Below are positions 10,005 through 19,818 of a stretch of DNA of 64,000 nt, one piece after another; position 1 is the first letter of the stretch, and every line of letters begins with the position of its first letter. Source of the DNA: Methanomicrobiales archaeon (GTDB lineage Archaea > Halobacteriota > Methanomicrobia > Methanomicrobiales > Methanospirillaceae); the NCBI GenBank assembly GCA_025358115.1, contig JANYKQ010000064.1, forward strand, positions 12 to 64,011, given 5' to 3'. A program made the translations under genes and the position numbers. The notes beneath the pieces were generated by a model. It ran no database searches. It saw only the letters and a list, made by a program, of their open reading frames with translations, and was not told the DNA's origin.

Positions 10005-11043
10005 AAACTTCTACCCCTTCATGGAATATTTTTGTATACCCTGCATTATCTTCGCCCTGTATCGTTGCGATCCGGGGAGCCGCATTGACACAGCCGCCTT
10101 TGGGTATCGTCAGATAAGCATAATCCAATCCGACATCGATAAAGACCCGGTCCCAAGTGTGTAAGTCAACGCCTTTATACCGGGCGAAATCTTTCTGGCG
10201 TTCGGTTTCCATAAGCCACAGTTTCATATCCCCGGCCCCATTGAGAACGGTGCTAGTAAACGCATCCAGATTAATTTCCTGACTGAAATCCAGTTCAAAT
10301 GCAGCGAATGTCGTATCCCGTAAATCTGTTGCATTTTTCAATGCACTTGAATAGTAATTGGCCATTTCTGCGACCCAGATAAAAACATCATCCACATCTG
10401 TTGCCCTGTTAATGGTTACTTTACCGTTGCTGTACCACTCAGTTGACATATCAACAGAACTGTTAGTCCGTTTCTGCCAGCGGATACTGTGAATTGCAAA
10501 TTCTTTCTGGGCGGTTTTCAGAACTTTATCAAGACCTGCAGGCAATTTTTTCTTCCCATGCCAAGCTTTCAGGCTAAAATTTGCAGCATCTTCATCGGGA
10601 CTTAACCCATCAGAAAAAGCCAATCCCACTCCCCTTTTTACCCACGAAGTATTTGTGATATCTCCCCAATGCAGTAGCTGTTTTCGTGAAAGCCAGCACC
10701 GATCAAGATTTTTCCCACGGCCAACCCAGTCTTTTACAAAAACATCTGAGTGGTTTGTATCGATTGTGCTGTAAAGAATCCATACGCGGGAACGGGTTGC
10801 ATCGAGATAAAAAGTTTCAGGATAATCTTTGTCGCTATTGACAAACCATTTTTTATCATCAAGTTCTTTCCATTCACCCTTCGGACTGCCAACTTCAAGA
10901 GGAGCAACATTGTTGTTTTCAATCAGATATGCTTTAAGCTGGGTTCCGTTCCGCTCACCAGAATCCTGAATGGAATCCTCTTTGTTATCAAAACCAGCCT
11001 GAAGTCTTTCTTTAATATCTCTTAGAGAATGAACAGATTTCAT
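9997..11043 (-). CDS. Hypothetical protein (348 aa)
   Basis: Long ORF in AT-rich DNA, coupled to 9132..10004; no family recognised. Confidence 0.75.
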   Translation of the reverse strand: MKSVHSLRDIKERLQAGFDNKEDSIQDSGERNGTQLKAYLIENNNVAPLEVGSPKGEWKELDDKKWFVNSDKDYPETFYLDATRSRVWILYSTIDTNHSDVFVKDWVGRGKNLDRCWLSRKQLLHWGDITNTSWVKRGVGLAFSDGLSPDEDAANFSLKAWHGKKKLPAGLDKVLKTAQKEFAIHSIRWQKRTNSSVDMSTEWYSNGKVTINRATDVDDVFIWVAEMANYYSSALKNATDLRDTTFAAFELDFSQEINLDAFTSTVLNGAGDMKLWLMETERQKDFARYKGVDLHTWDRVFIDVGLDYAYLTIPKGGCVNAAPRIATIQGEDNAGYTKIFHEGVEVFA

Positions 11044-11142
11044 TGCCCCACCGGCATCTATTATAATTCAATGTTAATCCTTAACGTGTTAAATGTAATT
11101 AAATTCATCCCGGATTTTACCTCCCTCCCTTTATCAAAGCTA

Positions 11143-11300
11143 AGCCCTTTCCGATACCACCGAATCTCCCCAATGCTCCGATAAGTGCCCGTTCCAGTTC
11201 CGGACAATTGCCAAACGCCCCACACTCACCGGCCCACGGCTGCCCCTATGCATAAGGCAGGCCAGCCCCCGGGTTTCAGCGGGATCGGCGGGGCCCTGTC
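11143..11300 (+). repeat. Degenerate direct repeat, copy 1 (left of vapBC)
   Basis: Blocks AGCCCTTTCCGATACCAC, TCCCCAATGCTCCGATAAGTGCCCGT, CAATTGCCAAACGCCCCACACTCAC and CCCGGGTTTCAGCGGGA recur colinearly at 12087-12220. Confidence 0.75.
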
Positions 11301-11379
11301 TGATGATGCACCACTGCATCCGAAGAGAGAGAAGCAGATATACCAGAGCAGTAATATATGAAATACAAGAGGAGCGAAC

Positions 11380-11562
11380 ATGCCGGTTACAGTCGAAGGA
11401 AAAATGGTTGACGGGCGCACGATCATCCCCGATCACCCGCTGGCAAACGGTCAGAGCGAAGTCCTCGTACGGTTGAAAAAGAAGACCGGCCGAACCAGGA
11501 TTCCCGTCCCGGAACAATTCGCCATGATGATCGCGGAAACCGATATTGAAGAGCTCTATTGA
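11380..11562 (+). CDS. Putative antitoxin (VapB, AF2212/DUF104-like)
   Basis: 60 aa, GGAG RBS, TGATG overlap with the PIN gene; VEGKMVDGRTIIPDHPL N-terminus. Confidence 0.65.
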   Translation: MPVTVEGKMVDGRTIIPDHPLANGQSEVLVRLKKKTGRTRIPVPEQFAMMIAETDIEELY

Positions 11563-12054
11563 TGAAAATCTCCAACCTTAAGGACTGTTCCGTATTCATC
11601 GACACCAATATTCTCATCTATGCCTTCACCACCACCCGGTTCACTCCAGCCTGTGAAGAGCTGCTCGAAAAGGTGCGCAATGGTGTGGTAAAGGGCCATA
11701 TCAACAGCACCGTCATTGATGAGTTCTTCCACAAAGTCCTGCTCATGCAGGTATATACTTAAAAAAGGCATGCAGCCGAAAGAAGCGATCACATTCCTGA
11801 AACAGAACCCCGAACGGATAACGGATTTTTCTCTCCCGTTCGATGTAACCCGGGAAGTGCTCCACGATTATGGGATGATCGTCCTTGATACCTCTCCACT
11901 TATGGATGAAGCCCTCGCCCTCTCACAAAAATACGGCCTCCTCTTCTCCGATGCTCTCCATGCAGCGAGCTGCACACATTATGCTCTTGATCATCTCATC
12001 ACGAATGATCGTGATTTTTCCCGGGTCGATTGTATCTCGGTGATTGCACCGTAA
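11562..12054 (+). pseudogene. vapC: VapC PIN-domain toxin interrupted by a +1 frameshift at ~11760
   Basis: FIDTNILIY...VIDEFFH in ORF 11559..11762; DALHAAS...ITNDRDF in ORF 11716..12054; deleting one T in ACT-T-AAA joins them. Confidence 0.8.
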
Positions 12055-12086
12055 CCTATGACAGTCCTTCCGGTTCCGGAGTAGCG

Positions 12087-12220
12087 AGCTCTTTACGGTA
12101 CCGCTCATTCCCCAAAACGCTCCGGTACGTGCCCGTCCTGGTGCCTGTTCCTGTACCAGCAACTGCCAAATGCCCCACGCTCACAAGTCCCGGGTTCCAG
12201 CAGGGAGCGGGAGGTCAGTC
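12087..12220 (+). repeat. Degenerate direct repeat, copy 2 (right of vapBC)
   Basis: AGCTCTTTACGGTACCGC, TCCCCAAAACGCTCCGGTACGTGCCCGT, CAACTGCCAAATGCCCCACGCTCAC, CCCGGGTTCCAGCAGGGA. Confidence 0.75.
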
Positions 12221-12409
12221 CGGAAATTTCCCGGCCATACTTTTCCCGGAAAATTTTCAACCGGATTTTTCTGAAAAATTTTCAACCGATTTTCTGAAAA
12301 AAATTTCCGGGAAAAATCCGAAATAAAAAATTTACACGATCCCAACAAAAGAAAAACCCCTCCCCCCCTAAAACCATACCCCAAAACCCCCTTCTAAAAA
12401 GCACTTTAC

Positions 12410-12847
12410 AACCCCTCCAATCCGGGCACGTATAGGCCCCCGTTTCCCCAAAATTCCCAAACAAAGCCCAAACTGAACTCCGTTTTGGTGAAGATCACCC
12501 CCTGTTCGATCGAAAACTCCTGGAAGAATTGCATGAACAAGGGGTCCGGAATATATCGCGAAATTAACGTCGGTGTCCGAAGTGAGGGGACTTCGGTCCG
12601 GGCCTCAAAAAGGGGGTTCTTTTCCTCTTGACCCTCCTACCCCCCACCCCCACTGAGTTTTGCCTCCCAAAAGCATCCATTAGGGTTTCATTAGCGCCAC
12701 TCAAAATGCTCCGTTCGGCGTAAATCGCAAGCAAAATGGTTTTCTGGAAAAGGTGTGTAAAAGTGTACGGTTTTTTGCACACATTCCGGAAATCGACTCT
12801 CCGGAATGGCAAACCGGGGCTTTTACGGGCCCGGATTGGAGGTGGTT
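12410..12847. repeat. Long-range imperfect inverted repeat (arms 12410-12445 and 12811-12847) enclosing several hairpins
   Basis: AACCCCTCCAATCCGGGCACGTATAGGCCCCCGTTT versus the reverse complement of the right arm, AACCACCTCCAATCCGGGCCCGTAAAAGCCCCGGTTT. Confidence 0.75.
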
Positions 12848-13686
12848 CCCAGAGGGGTTTGGGAGTGAATATCTCCGACAGTGCCGGGGTGCAACCCTTG
12901 TCTGTCTTCTAAACTGAGCCCCGCCGGGTGATGAGGGGACGTGTGGACCGGGCTTCTGATTCCGGGGGGTAACTCAAATCCCCGTTTTCACCAGGACCCA
13001 CCCCCCGCAATGGACTAAAACCTGCATTAGCCATTTTTCGGCCATCCAAAGCGGTCTAAAGAGGTATATTTTGGAGCCCGGATACCCACAATTCACGCCA
13101 AATGGAGGTCATTTTGGAGAGTTCATGAAATAAGGGGGATGCTTTTTTGCAAATGCGGTATGCAAACCCTGGCAGGGGGGGTAAACGGAGGCTGAAATGG
13201 GCTGGATTGACTGCACTTCACTCATCCCTCTCCCGCACCCGTCACGGTCACAGATCCGGCCGGTACACCTGACCTGTCACGGTTCCGAATGACCGGTCCG
13301 GATATTTTTAAAAATTCTGCAACGGTCCGTGCAGCACGGAAAGGTCCGGGAAAAAATTCCGCCAGACCCGTGCGGGTCGGCCGCTTCACCGGCTTAAAAG
13401 AAATCCGGCCATCCCAATACGGGCACGCTTGAAAATCGGGATCAAAATCCTTAAGGAAATCTCTGAATTGTTGGAAAAAAAGAAACGCCGGTTTCCGGAT
13501 AAAGGATACAATGGTTTCCGGTTTTTAAAATTCGCTGCAAAAACCGAAAGAGGCAGTACCGGAAATTTTTTTTTGTGACAAACGGCCGAAGATTTTTTTA
13601 AAAAGATGGACCCCATCAAAAACCCTAAACACCCGCTCGTGATTCCGGGTCATCAAAAAAAAGAGCGGGCGAACAATCACAACCCG

Positions 13687-14241
13687 TTACCGGTTACCCC
13701 GGGAGGAAACGCACCCAAGAACAAAAACCAGTGCGAGCGCACCTGCGGCAAGTGTCCAGGGAAGAGGAGATTTTGCCGTAGTGGGAACCGGTGTCACCGG
13801 GACGATAATATCTTTGGGGGGAGTGAGTGCCGGGTCCAGGGCCTGTGCCCGGGCAAAGGCGGCCTTTGCTTCATCAGCCCTGCCGAGATGCCGGAGCGCG
13901 TCGCCCTTGTTATACCAGGCAATGGAGTGCGTGGTCGTCAGGTTGCCTTCCGATGCCAGGGCCGCATCGGCTGCAAGGAGTGCATCATCGTATCGCCCGA
14001 TCACCGTGAGGATTCCTGCCCGGTTGGCCTGGATAACGGGCGTTAAGGAGGTTACATTGAGGGCGAGCGCCTGGTCTGCAGCCTTTAACGCGTCAGTGTA
14101 TTTTCCCTCATTTGCAAGGTCCACACTTTTGGAATAGAGCGCCCCGGCAGACTGGAGTTCTGCGGATGACTCTTCAGCATTCACCAGGCCCGAAACGAAA
14201 AGCAGGGCAATAAGACATACCGTAACCAAACGAAAATTCAT
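13687..14241 (-). CDS. Secreted TPR protein with C-terminal membrane anchor
   Basis: Signal peptide; TPR pattern AWYNKGDALRHLGRADEA; Thr/Pro linker, SPLP, TM helix, basic tail. Confidence 0.85.
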   Translation of the reverse strand: MNFRLVTVCLIALLFVSGLVNAEESSAELQSAGALYSKSVDLANEGKYTDALKAADQALALNVTSLTPVIQANRAGILTVIGRYDDALLAADAALASEGNLTTTHSIAWYNKGDALRHLGRADEAKAAFARAQALDPALTPPKDIIVPVTPVPTTAKSPLPWTLAAGALALVFVLGCVSSRGNR

Positions 14242-14300
14242 CAGAATCTACCTGATCAGTACTTTGATTTCGGATCTGATAAAAAGAGGTGGGAACCCGG

Positions 14301-15335
14301 CTACTTATTGCGCCGGACAATTGTTAAAAATCCACAAATCCCCAGGCCCAGCAGTGCGATCCATCCCGGGAGGGGGGTGTAGGTGGTCTTTTTTGCAACA
14401 GGTGTTGACGTTGGTATTGCCGTAGAAGTCGTAAGAACCGGGGTTGCAGGGACAGAAATGGTTACGTCAGGGGATGTGGACGCGACAGTTACCGGAGTTG
14501 ATACAACCATTGGATCCGAAGCAAGGAACGTAACCGTTGCAGTGGAAGTTGTCACTCCGTCCGCCCCATTCCCAGCGCCTGCTGCAAAGCTCTGCTGCAT
14601 ATTGTTGAGATTCTGGCTTACCGTGAAGGTATAGGTACCGGGAGGGTAGACCACGTCACCCTGGGTGTTCCGGGCAGCGCGATCCCAGGTATTTCCGGCC
14701 TTCCATAGATAGGGGGATGATGAGACATAGGGTTCAGAATCGAAGCGCAGGATCTGGGTATTTGCCGCACCATAACTTCCGGTATAGATATTGGCAATGT
14801 TCCGGTTCAGGTGATCGGTCAGTTTTACCGTGAAAAAGCCATCCGTGGGGTTTGAGTTGGGGCGGTTCGGGTAATAGAGGGCGGGATAGAGATTCGTATC
14901 AATACGGTACGTGATATTGGTTGCACGGGGGATCGTCTGACCGGAAACATCCTGATCATGATCGAGATCCCAGACTTTTATGGAAACCTGGGGATCGCGG
15001 AGATCGAAGACCGCAAAATGGGGGCTGGTATCCTCGCAGTACCAGGTACCGGAATATCCGCTGAATACACCCGGGCTGATATTGAAGTGATAGATTTTGT
15101 CAGAAACAGAATTCGCCTCATAAAGGGTCATATTTTTTGCGGGGGACCCGGTCCTGCTCATGCCGCTTGGCCACCAGGCTATCGTATGACAACCATTCAG
15201 GGCCGACGATATATCCACATCCGTTTCACCAATAAAGACCGGAGAACCAGGTGCAATCTTGTTCAGGCTTGCAGCTGCGGGGGCAACAAGCAGAAAGATT
15301 ACACAAAAAACGATTAAAAAATATTTTCCTTGCAT
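14301..15335 (-). CDS. DUF3821-like cell-surface protein
   Basis: Signal peptide; VFIGETDVDIS and ITYRIDTNL motifs; Thr-rich linker, TPLP, TM helix, RR. Confidence 0.75.
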   Translation of the reverse strand: MQGKYFLIVFCVIFLLVAPAAASLNKIAPGSPVFIGETDVDISSALNGCHTIAWWPSGMSRTGSPAKNMTLYEANSVSDKIYHFNISPGVFSGYSGTWYCEDTSPHFAVFDLRDPQVSIKVWDLDHDQDVSGQTIPRATNITYRIDTNLYPALYYPNRPNSNPTDGFFTVKLTDHLNRNIANIYTGSYGAANTQILRFDSEPYVSSSPYLWKAGNTWDRAARNTQGDVVYPPGTYTFTVSQNLNNMQQSFAAGAGNGADGVTTSTATVTFLASDPMVVSTPVTVASTSPDVTISVPATPVLTTSTAIPTSTPVAKKTTYTPLPGWIALLGLGICGFLTIVRRNK

Positions 15336-15491
15336 GACTGTACCTTGCATGACAGTAATTTTAAAACCATTATGATAAACATTATGACATTCATATCAGG
15401 AAGAGATCGTTTTCCTCATGCATGAAAATGCGTATAACAATTAAAAATACACAGTATCACGATACTATTAATCACAAAAAGGAGGCACCCC

Positions 15492-16460
15492 ATGGATGAT
15501 ACCCATACGATATGGATAGAAAAATACCGCCCGTCACGGCTCGCCGATATTGTCGGCCAGGACGAGATCGTGGAGCGATTGTCATCCTATGTCAAGACAG
15601 GCAACCTCCCCCATCTCCTGTTCACCGGTAGCGCAGGCGTGGGAAAGACCACTGCGGCAGTCACCATGGCCCGGGAATTTTTTAAGGATTCCTGGCAGAT
15701 GAACTTCCGCGAGATGAATGCCTCTGATGAACGCGGCATCGATGTGGTGCGCAACCAGATCAAGCAGTTTGCCCGCACCACCCCGCTCGGAGATGCAACC
15801 TTCAAGATTCTTTTCCTGGATGAGGCCGATGCCCTGACAACCGATGCCCAGTCTGCTCTGAGAAGGACCATGGAGACGTACGCGCAGACCTGCCGGTTCA
15901 TCCTATCCTGCAACTATTCCTCAAAGATCATCGACCCCATCCAGAGCAGGTGCGCAATTTACCGGTTCAAACCGCTCGGTGCAGATGCGGTAAAAGAAGA
16001 AGTCCGGAATATTGCCGGAAAAGAAGGGCTCAACATCACGGCCGGGGCAATGGATGCCATTGTGTATATTGCCCAGGGGGATATGCGCAAGGCCATCAAC
16101 GCGCTCCAGGGCGGGGCTATCATGAGCACAACGATTGATGAGAAGATGATCTATGCGATCACTTCCACTGCCCGGCCGGATGAGATCAATGAACTGCTGG
16201 GCCTTTCCCTGGCCGGGGACTTTGACGGGGCTGAATCGCTCCTGAATCAACTCCTGCACGAACGCGGGATCGCACCCAATGAACTGATCAACCAGTGTTA
16301 CCGGGCGCTGGTCAAGCGGGATATGGACAGGACCCTAAAAGTGCAGTTGATCGACCATATCGGCGAGACCGACTTCCGGCTCTCAGAAGGTGCGAACAGC
16401 GATATCCAGTTGGAAGCGCTCATTGCACGGTTTGTGCTCGCCGCCCAGAAGGGTAAGTGA
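15492..16460 (+). CDS. rfcS: Replication factor C small subunit
   Basis: [29 protein letters not shown]. Confidence 0.96.
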   Translation: MDDTHTIWIEKYRPSRLADIVGQDEIVERLSSYVKTGNLPHLLFTGSAGVGKTTAAVTMAREFFKDSWQMNFREMNASDERGIDVVRNQIKQFARTTPLGDATFKILFLDEADALTTDAQSALRRTMETYAQTCRFILSCNYSSKIIDPIQSRCAIYRFKPLGADAVKEEVRNIAGKEGLNITAGAMDAIVYIAQGDMRKAINALQGGAIMSTTIDEKMIYAITSTARPDEINELLGLSLAGDFDGAESLLNQLLHERGIAPNELINQCYRALVKRDMDRTLKVQLIDHIGETDFRLSEGANSDIQLEALIARFVLAAQKGK

Positions 16461-16469
16461 GGGGGGAGC

Positions 16470-18581
16470 ATGGAAAAATCTCCCGATCTGCAAGAGTCCG
16501 ATAAGACCGGGGACTGGAGCCGGTTACTCAAAAGCAAGTACAAAAAAGAACTCGGTGAGATATCGCGTGAATATCCCCACAAGCGATCCCTCTACATCGA
16601 CTACCGGGACATCGAACGGTTCGGCAAAGCCGGTATCGCGATGGCCGATGAGCTCCTCGAAAATCCCGGGAAAGTTTTAGAAGATGTGGGAGAGGCGATA
16701 AAAAGCGGCCAGCTCATCCGGACAAAGGATGGCAAGGACCCCAAGGGCATCAATATCCGGTTTACCAATCTTCCGAAAAAGATCGCCATCCGGAACATAA
16801 GATCGGATGATATCAACACGTTTGTCTCTGCGGAAGGGATCCTCAGGAAGACCACTGAGGTCCGCCCGCGCGTGGTGGAGGCGGTCTTCAAATGCCCGGC
16901 CGGTCATTTCACGGTCCGGAAACAGAAGTACGGGAAGTTCATCGAGCCCGACGGGTGCGCAACGGACGGGTGTGCCTTCAAGAAGCTCGAACTGCTGCCC
17001 AAGCGCTCGAAGTTTGTCGACTCCCAGAAACTCAGGATCCAGGAGTCACCGGAAGGTTTGAGGGGAGGCGAACAACCGCAGACCCTGGATATCGATGTCA
17101 CCGATGATCTCTCGGGTAAGGTATCCCCGGGAGACCGGGTCATTATCAACGGCATCCTCCGCTCCATGCAGCGGGTGGTCAAGGGCGAGAAGAGCACGGT
17201 CTTTGATATCTTCCTGGAATGCAACTCCATCGAGATTGCAGAGAAAGAGTTCGAGGAAGTTGAGATTGATGAAGAATCCGAAAATGAGATCATCGCCCTG
17301 AGCAAAGACCCGATGATCTACCGGATGATCACGCACTCGGTTGCCCCCACGATCTATGGAAGCGAGGATGTGAAACAGGCCATCGTGCTCCAGCTCTTCG
17401 GGGGGATTGCAAAGGAGATGCCGGACGGCAGCCGTCTCAGGGGAGACATCCACGTCCTGCTGATCGGAGACCCCGGTATCGCAAAAAGCCAGTTGCTCAG
17501 GTACGTGGTGAAACTCTCACCCCGCGCCATCTATACCAGCGGGCAGTCATCAACCTCGGCCGGTCTTACGGCAGCGGCGGTCAAGGATGAATTCGGTGAA
17601 GGGCGCTGGACCCTTGAAGCCGGTGCGCTGGTGCTCGCCGACATGGGTATTGCCGCAGTCGATGAGATGGACAAGATGAACAAGGATGATCGCTCTGCCC
17701 TGCACGAAGCCATGGAGCAGCAGACGATCAGCGTTGCAAAGGCTGGCATTACAGCAACCCTCAAGTCACGCTGTGCCCTTCTTGGTGCGGCAAACCCGAA
17801 GTACGGGCGGTTCGATATGTTTGGCGATATCTCGGACCAGATCAATATGCCGCCATCCCTGCTCTCCCGGTTCGACCTGATCTTCATCATGACCGATCAG
17901 CCCGAACAGAAACGGGATCTTGCCATTGCCGAACATATCGTCAAGACCCACCGGGTCGGGGAACTGATCGCCCAGCACAAAAAATCCCCTATTCCCGGCG
18001 TGACACCGGAGTACATCCTCGAACAGCTCAAACCGGTGATGCCGGATATTGACCCGGTCCTGTTCAGGAAATACATTGCCCATGCAAAACGCTCCTGCTT
18101 CCCCCTGCTCTCTCCGGAGGCAAAGGAAGCCCTTATCGGGTACTATCTCCGGCTCAGGGGACTTGCCGAACCCAACAAGGCAGTACCGGTAACCGCCCGG
18201 CAGCTCGAGGCGCTGGTCCGGCTTGCCGAAGCAAGTGCACGCATCCGGCTCTCGAATACCATTGAGATCGGCGATGCAGAGCGGGTCATCCATATCGTGG
18301 ATGCCTGCCTGCGACAGGTTGCCTACGATGCAAAGACCGGCACCTTCGATATCGATAAAGTTACTACGGGCATCTCCAAGGAGAAGCGGGACATTGTCCG
18401 GGTGATCAAGGATGCGATCCGCGACATTGGCGGGGAAGGCAGACGTGCCGGTATTGAGCTGGTGATCGATGCCGTGTCCTCGAAAGGGTTCAGCCGCGAC
18501 AAGGTGCGGGACGGTATTGACATGCTGCTGCGCAATGGCGAGGCAATGGAACCCAAGCAGGGTATCATCCAGTTGATTTGA
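16470..18581 (+). CDS. mcm: MCM replicative helicase
   Basis: GDPGIAKSQ, DEMDKM, AANP, SRFD, TARQLE; Zn finger; no intein. Confidence 0.97.
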   Translation: MEKSPDLQESDKTGDWSRLLKSKYKKELGEISREYPHKRSLYIDYRDIERFGKAGIAMADELLENPGKVLEDVGEAIKSGQLIRTKDGKDPKGINIRFTNLPKKIAIRNIRSDDINTFVSAEGILRKTTEVRPRVVEAVFKCPAGHFTVRKQKYGKFIEPDGCATDGCAFKKLELLPKRSKFVDSQKLRIQESPEGLRGGEQPQTLDIDVTDDLSGKVSPGDRVIINGILRSMQRVVKGEKSTVFDIFLECNSIEIAEKEFEEVEIDEESENEIIALSKDPMIYRMITHSVAPTIYGSEDVKQAIVLQLFGGIAKEMPDGSRLRGDIHVLLIGDPGIAKSQLLRYVVKLSPRAIYTSGQSSTSAGLTAAAVKDEFGEGRWTLEAGALVLADMGIAAVDEMDKMNKDDRSALHEAMEQQTISVAKAGITATLKSRCALLGAANPKYGRFDMFGDISDQINMPPSLLSRFDLIFIMTDQPEQKRDLAIAEHIVKTHRVGELIAQHKKSPIPGVTPEYILEQLKPVMPDIDPVLFRKYIAHAKRSCFPLLSPEAKEALIGYYLRLRGLAEPNKAVPVTARQLEALVRLAEASARIRLSNTIEIGDAERVIHIVDACLRQVAYDAKTGTFDIDKVTTGISKEKRDIVRVIKDAIRDIGGEGRRAGIELVIDAVSSKGFSRDKVRDGIDMLLRNGEAMEPKQGIIQLI

Positions 18582-18603
18582 AGTTTAAGTTTGAGGTTTT
18601 TTT

Positions 18604-18957
18604 ATGAGATCGGACAGGGAACAGGCAGTCTTTGAAGCGGGTATCAAACTGGGAGCGCTCTACCACCAGTGGGTGGGCACTCCCATCTCACGAAAGTCTG
18701 CTGCAAGCGTAGAACGTGCAATAGAACAGGCAGTGGTCCTCCAGCCATTTGTCGAAGAGATCACGGTGCGCCTGGACCGGAACCTGATGACGGAAAACGC
18801 GTTCGGGTACAGCGAACTCTCCGGCCTGATGTTTGACGTGGAGATCATCACCCGTGTCGGGTTTACGTACTGTCATGCCCGTCTTGCCCCGGAGAACGGC
18901 TATCCCCTCATGCGAATCGTGGAGTGCAATGAGCTCACCGGTATTTCCCATAACTGA
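18604..18957 (+). CDS. mptD: Archaeal dihydroneopterin aldolase
   Basis: FEAGIKLGALYHQWVGTP, GYSEL, YPLM. Confidence 0.88.
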   Translation: MRSDREQAVFEAGIKLGALYHQWVGTPISRKSAASVERAIEQAVVLQPFVEEITVRLDRNLMTENAFGYSELSGLMFDVEIITRVGFTYCHARLAPENGYPLMRIVECNELTGISHN

Positions 18958-19759
18958 CGATCATATCCATATCGATCCGGTGAACGGGCGCGGCATAGAA
19001 GCCGCAAAGGACTTCCAGAGAGTTGGCGGGACACACATCTTCCTGGTCTCAAAACCATCCTGGTCGCTCTCCGTCCATCCCACTTCGGGTGCTGACTATG
19101 CGAACGTTTTTGATGAAACATTGCGGGTTGCGGGTATGGTTTCAGAGCTCGGGCTCGGGGTCCATACGGTCCTGGGAGTCCACCCGGCAGAGATCAGCCG
19201 GCTCACCGAACGCATGACACTTGAGGAGGCAGTCACGGTCATGAAAGGGGGGCTGGACTGCGCTGCGCGGTATGTGCAGGAAGGCAAAGCCGTTGCACTC
19301 AAGAGCGGGAGGCCCCACTATGAGGTGATCCCGGAGATCCTTGCTGCCTCCAATGATGTACTCGCTCATGCGCTAAATCTCGCTGCGGAATGCCGGTGTG
19401 CACTCCAGATTCATGCGGAGACCGGGCCCTGTTCAGATGTGGTGGAGATGGCACAACGCGCACACGTGCCAAAAGAACGGGTGGTGAAGCATTATGGTTC
19501 CCCGGACACCCCGCTGCATCCCTCACTGATTGCAAAACACGAGTCCATTCCGCAGCTTGTCCGTGAGAGACGACCGTTTACGATGGAGAGCGATTACATG
19601 GATGAGAATTCCCGGCCGGGTGCGGTAATCGGGCCGAAATCGGTGCCCCGGTACACCAATATGCTGCTTAAGAACGGCGTGATCTCCCCGGATGACTGCT
19701 TCCGGATTCATGCAGAGACCATCGAGAAGGTATACGGGGTCGTCATTACCCTGGCATAA
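18929..19759 (+). CDS. TatD-like amidohydrolase-fold protein
   Basis: DDHIH, GVHPAE, GRPHY, QIHAE, ESDY..RPGAV; start trimmed to ATG 18929. Confidence 0.88.
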   Translation: MSSPVFPITDDHIHIDPVNGRGIEAAKDFQRVGGTHIFLVSKPSWSLSVHPTSGADYANVFDETLRVAGMVSELGLGVHTVLGVHPAEISRLTERMTLEEAVTVMKGGLDCAARYVQEGKAVALKSGRPHYEVIPEILAASNDVLAHALNLAAECRCALQIHAETGPCSDVVEMAQRAHVPKERVVKHYGSPDTPLHPSLIAKHESIPQLVRERRPFTMESDYMDENSRPGAVIGPKSVPRYTNMLLKNGVISPDDCFRIHAETIEKVYGVVITLA

Positions 19760-19818
19760 TAATACTCGGATAATTCCCCTGCTTACCTTTTTCATGCCAC
19801 CCGCCCAATGAATATACA

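Noticed and set aside
9010-12220. Integron/attC array explanation for the accessory genes
   Set aside because: No RYYYAAC...GTTRRRY bounded sites found, the genes are in opposite orientations, and there is no integrase
12030-12326. 98-aa ORF with VPVPVP and FS/EK repeats
   Set aside because: It is a translation of the direct-repeat copy and low-complexity tract, with a poor start
12220-13680. CRISPR array in the long non-coding region
   Set aside because: No identical 25-40 bp repeats with regular spacers, and no cas genes
16470-18581. Intein in MCM or RFC
   Set aside because: Lengths are normal and the motifs are uninterrupted
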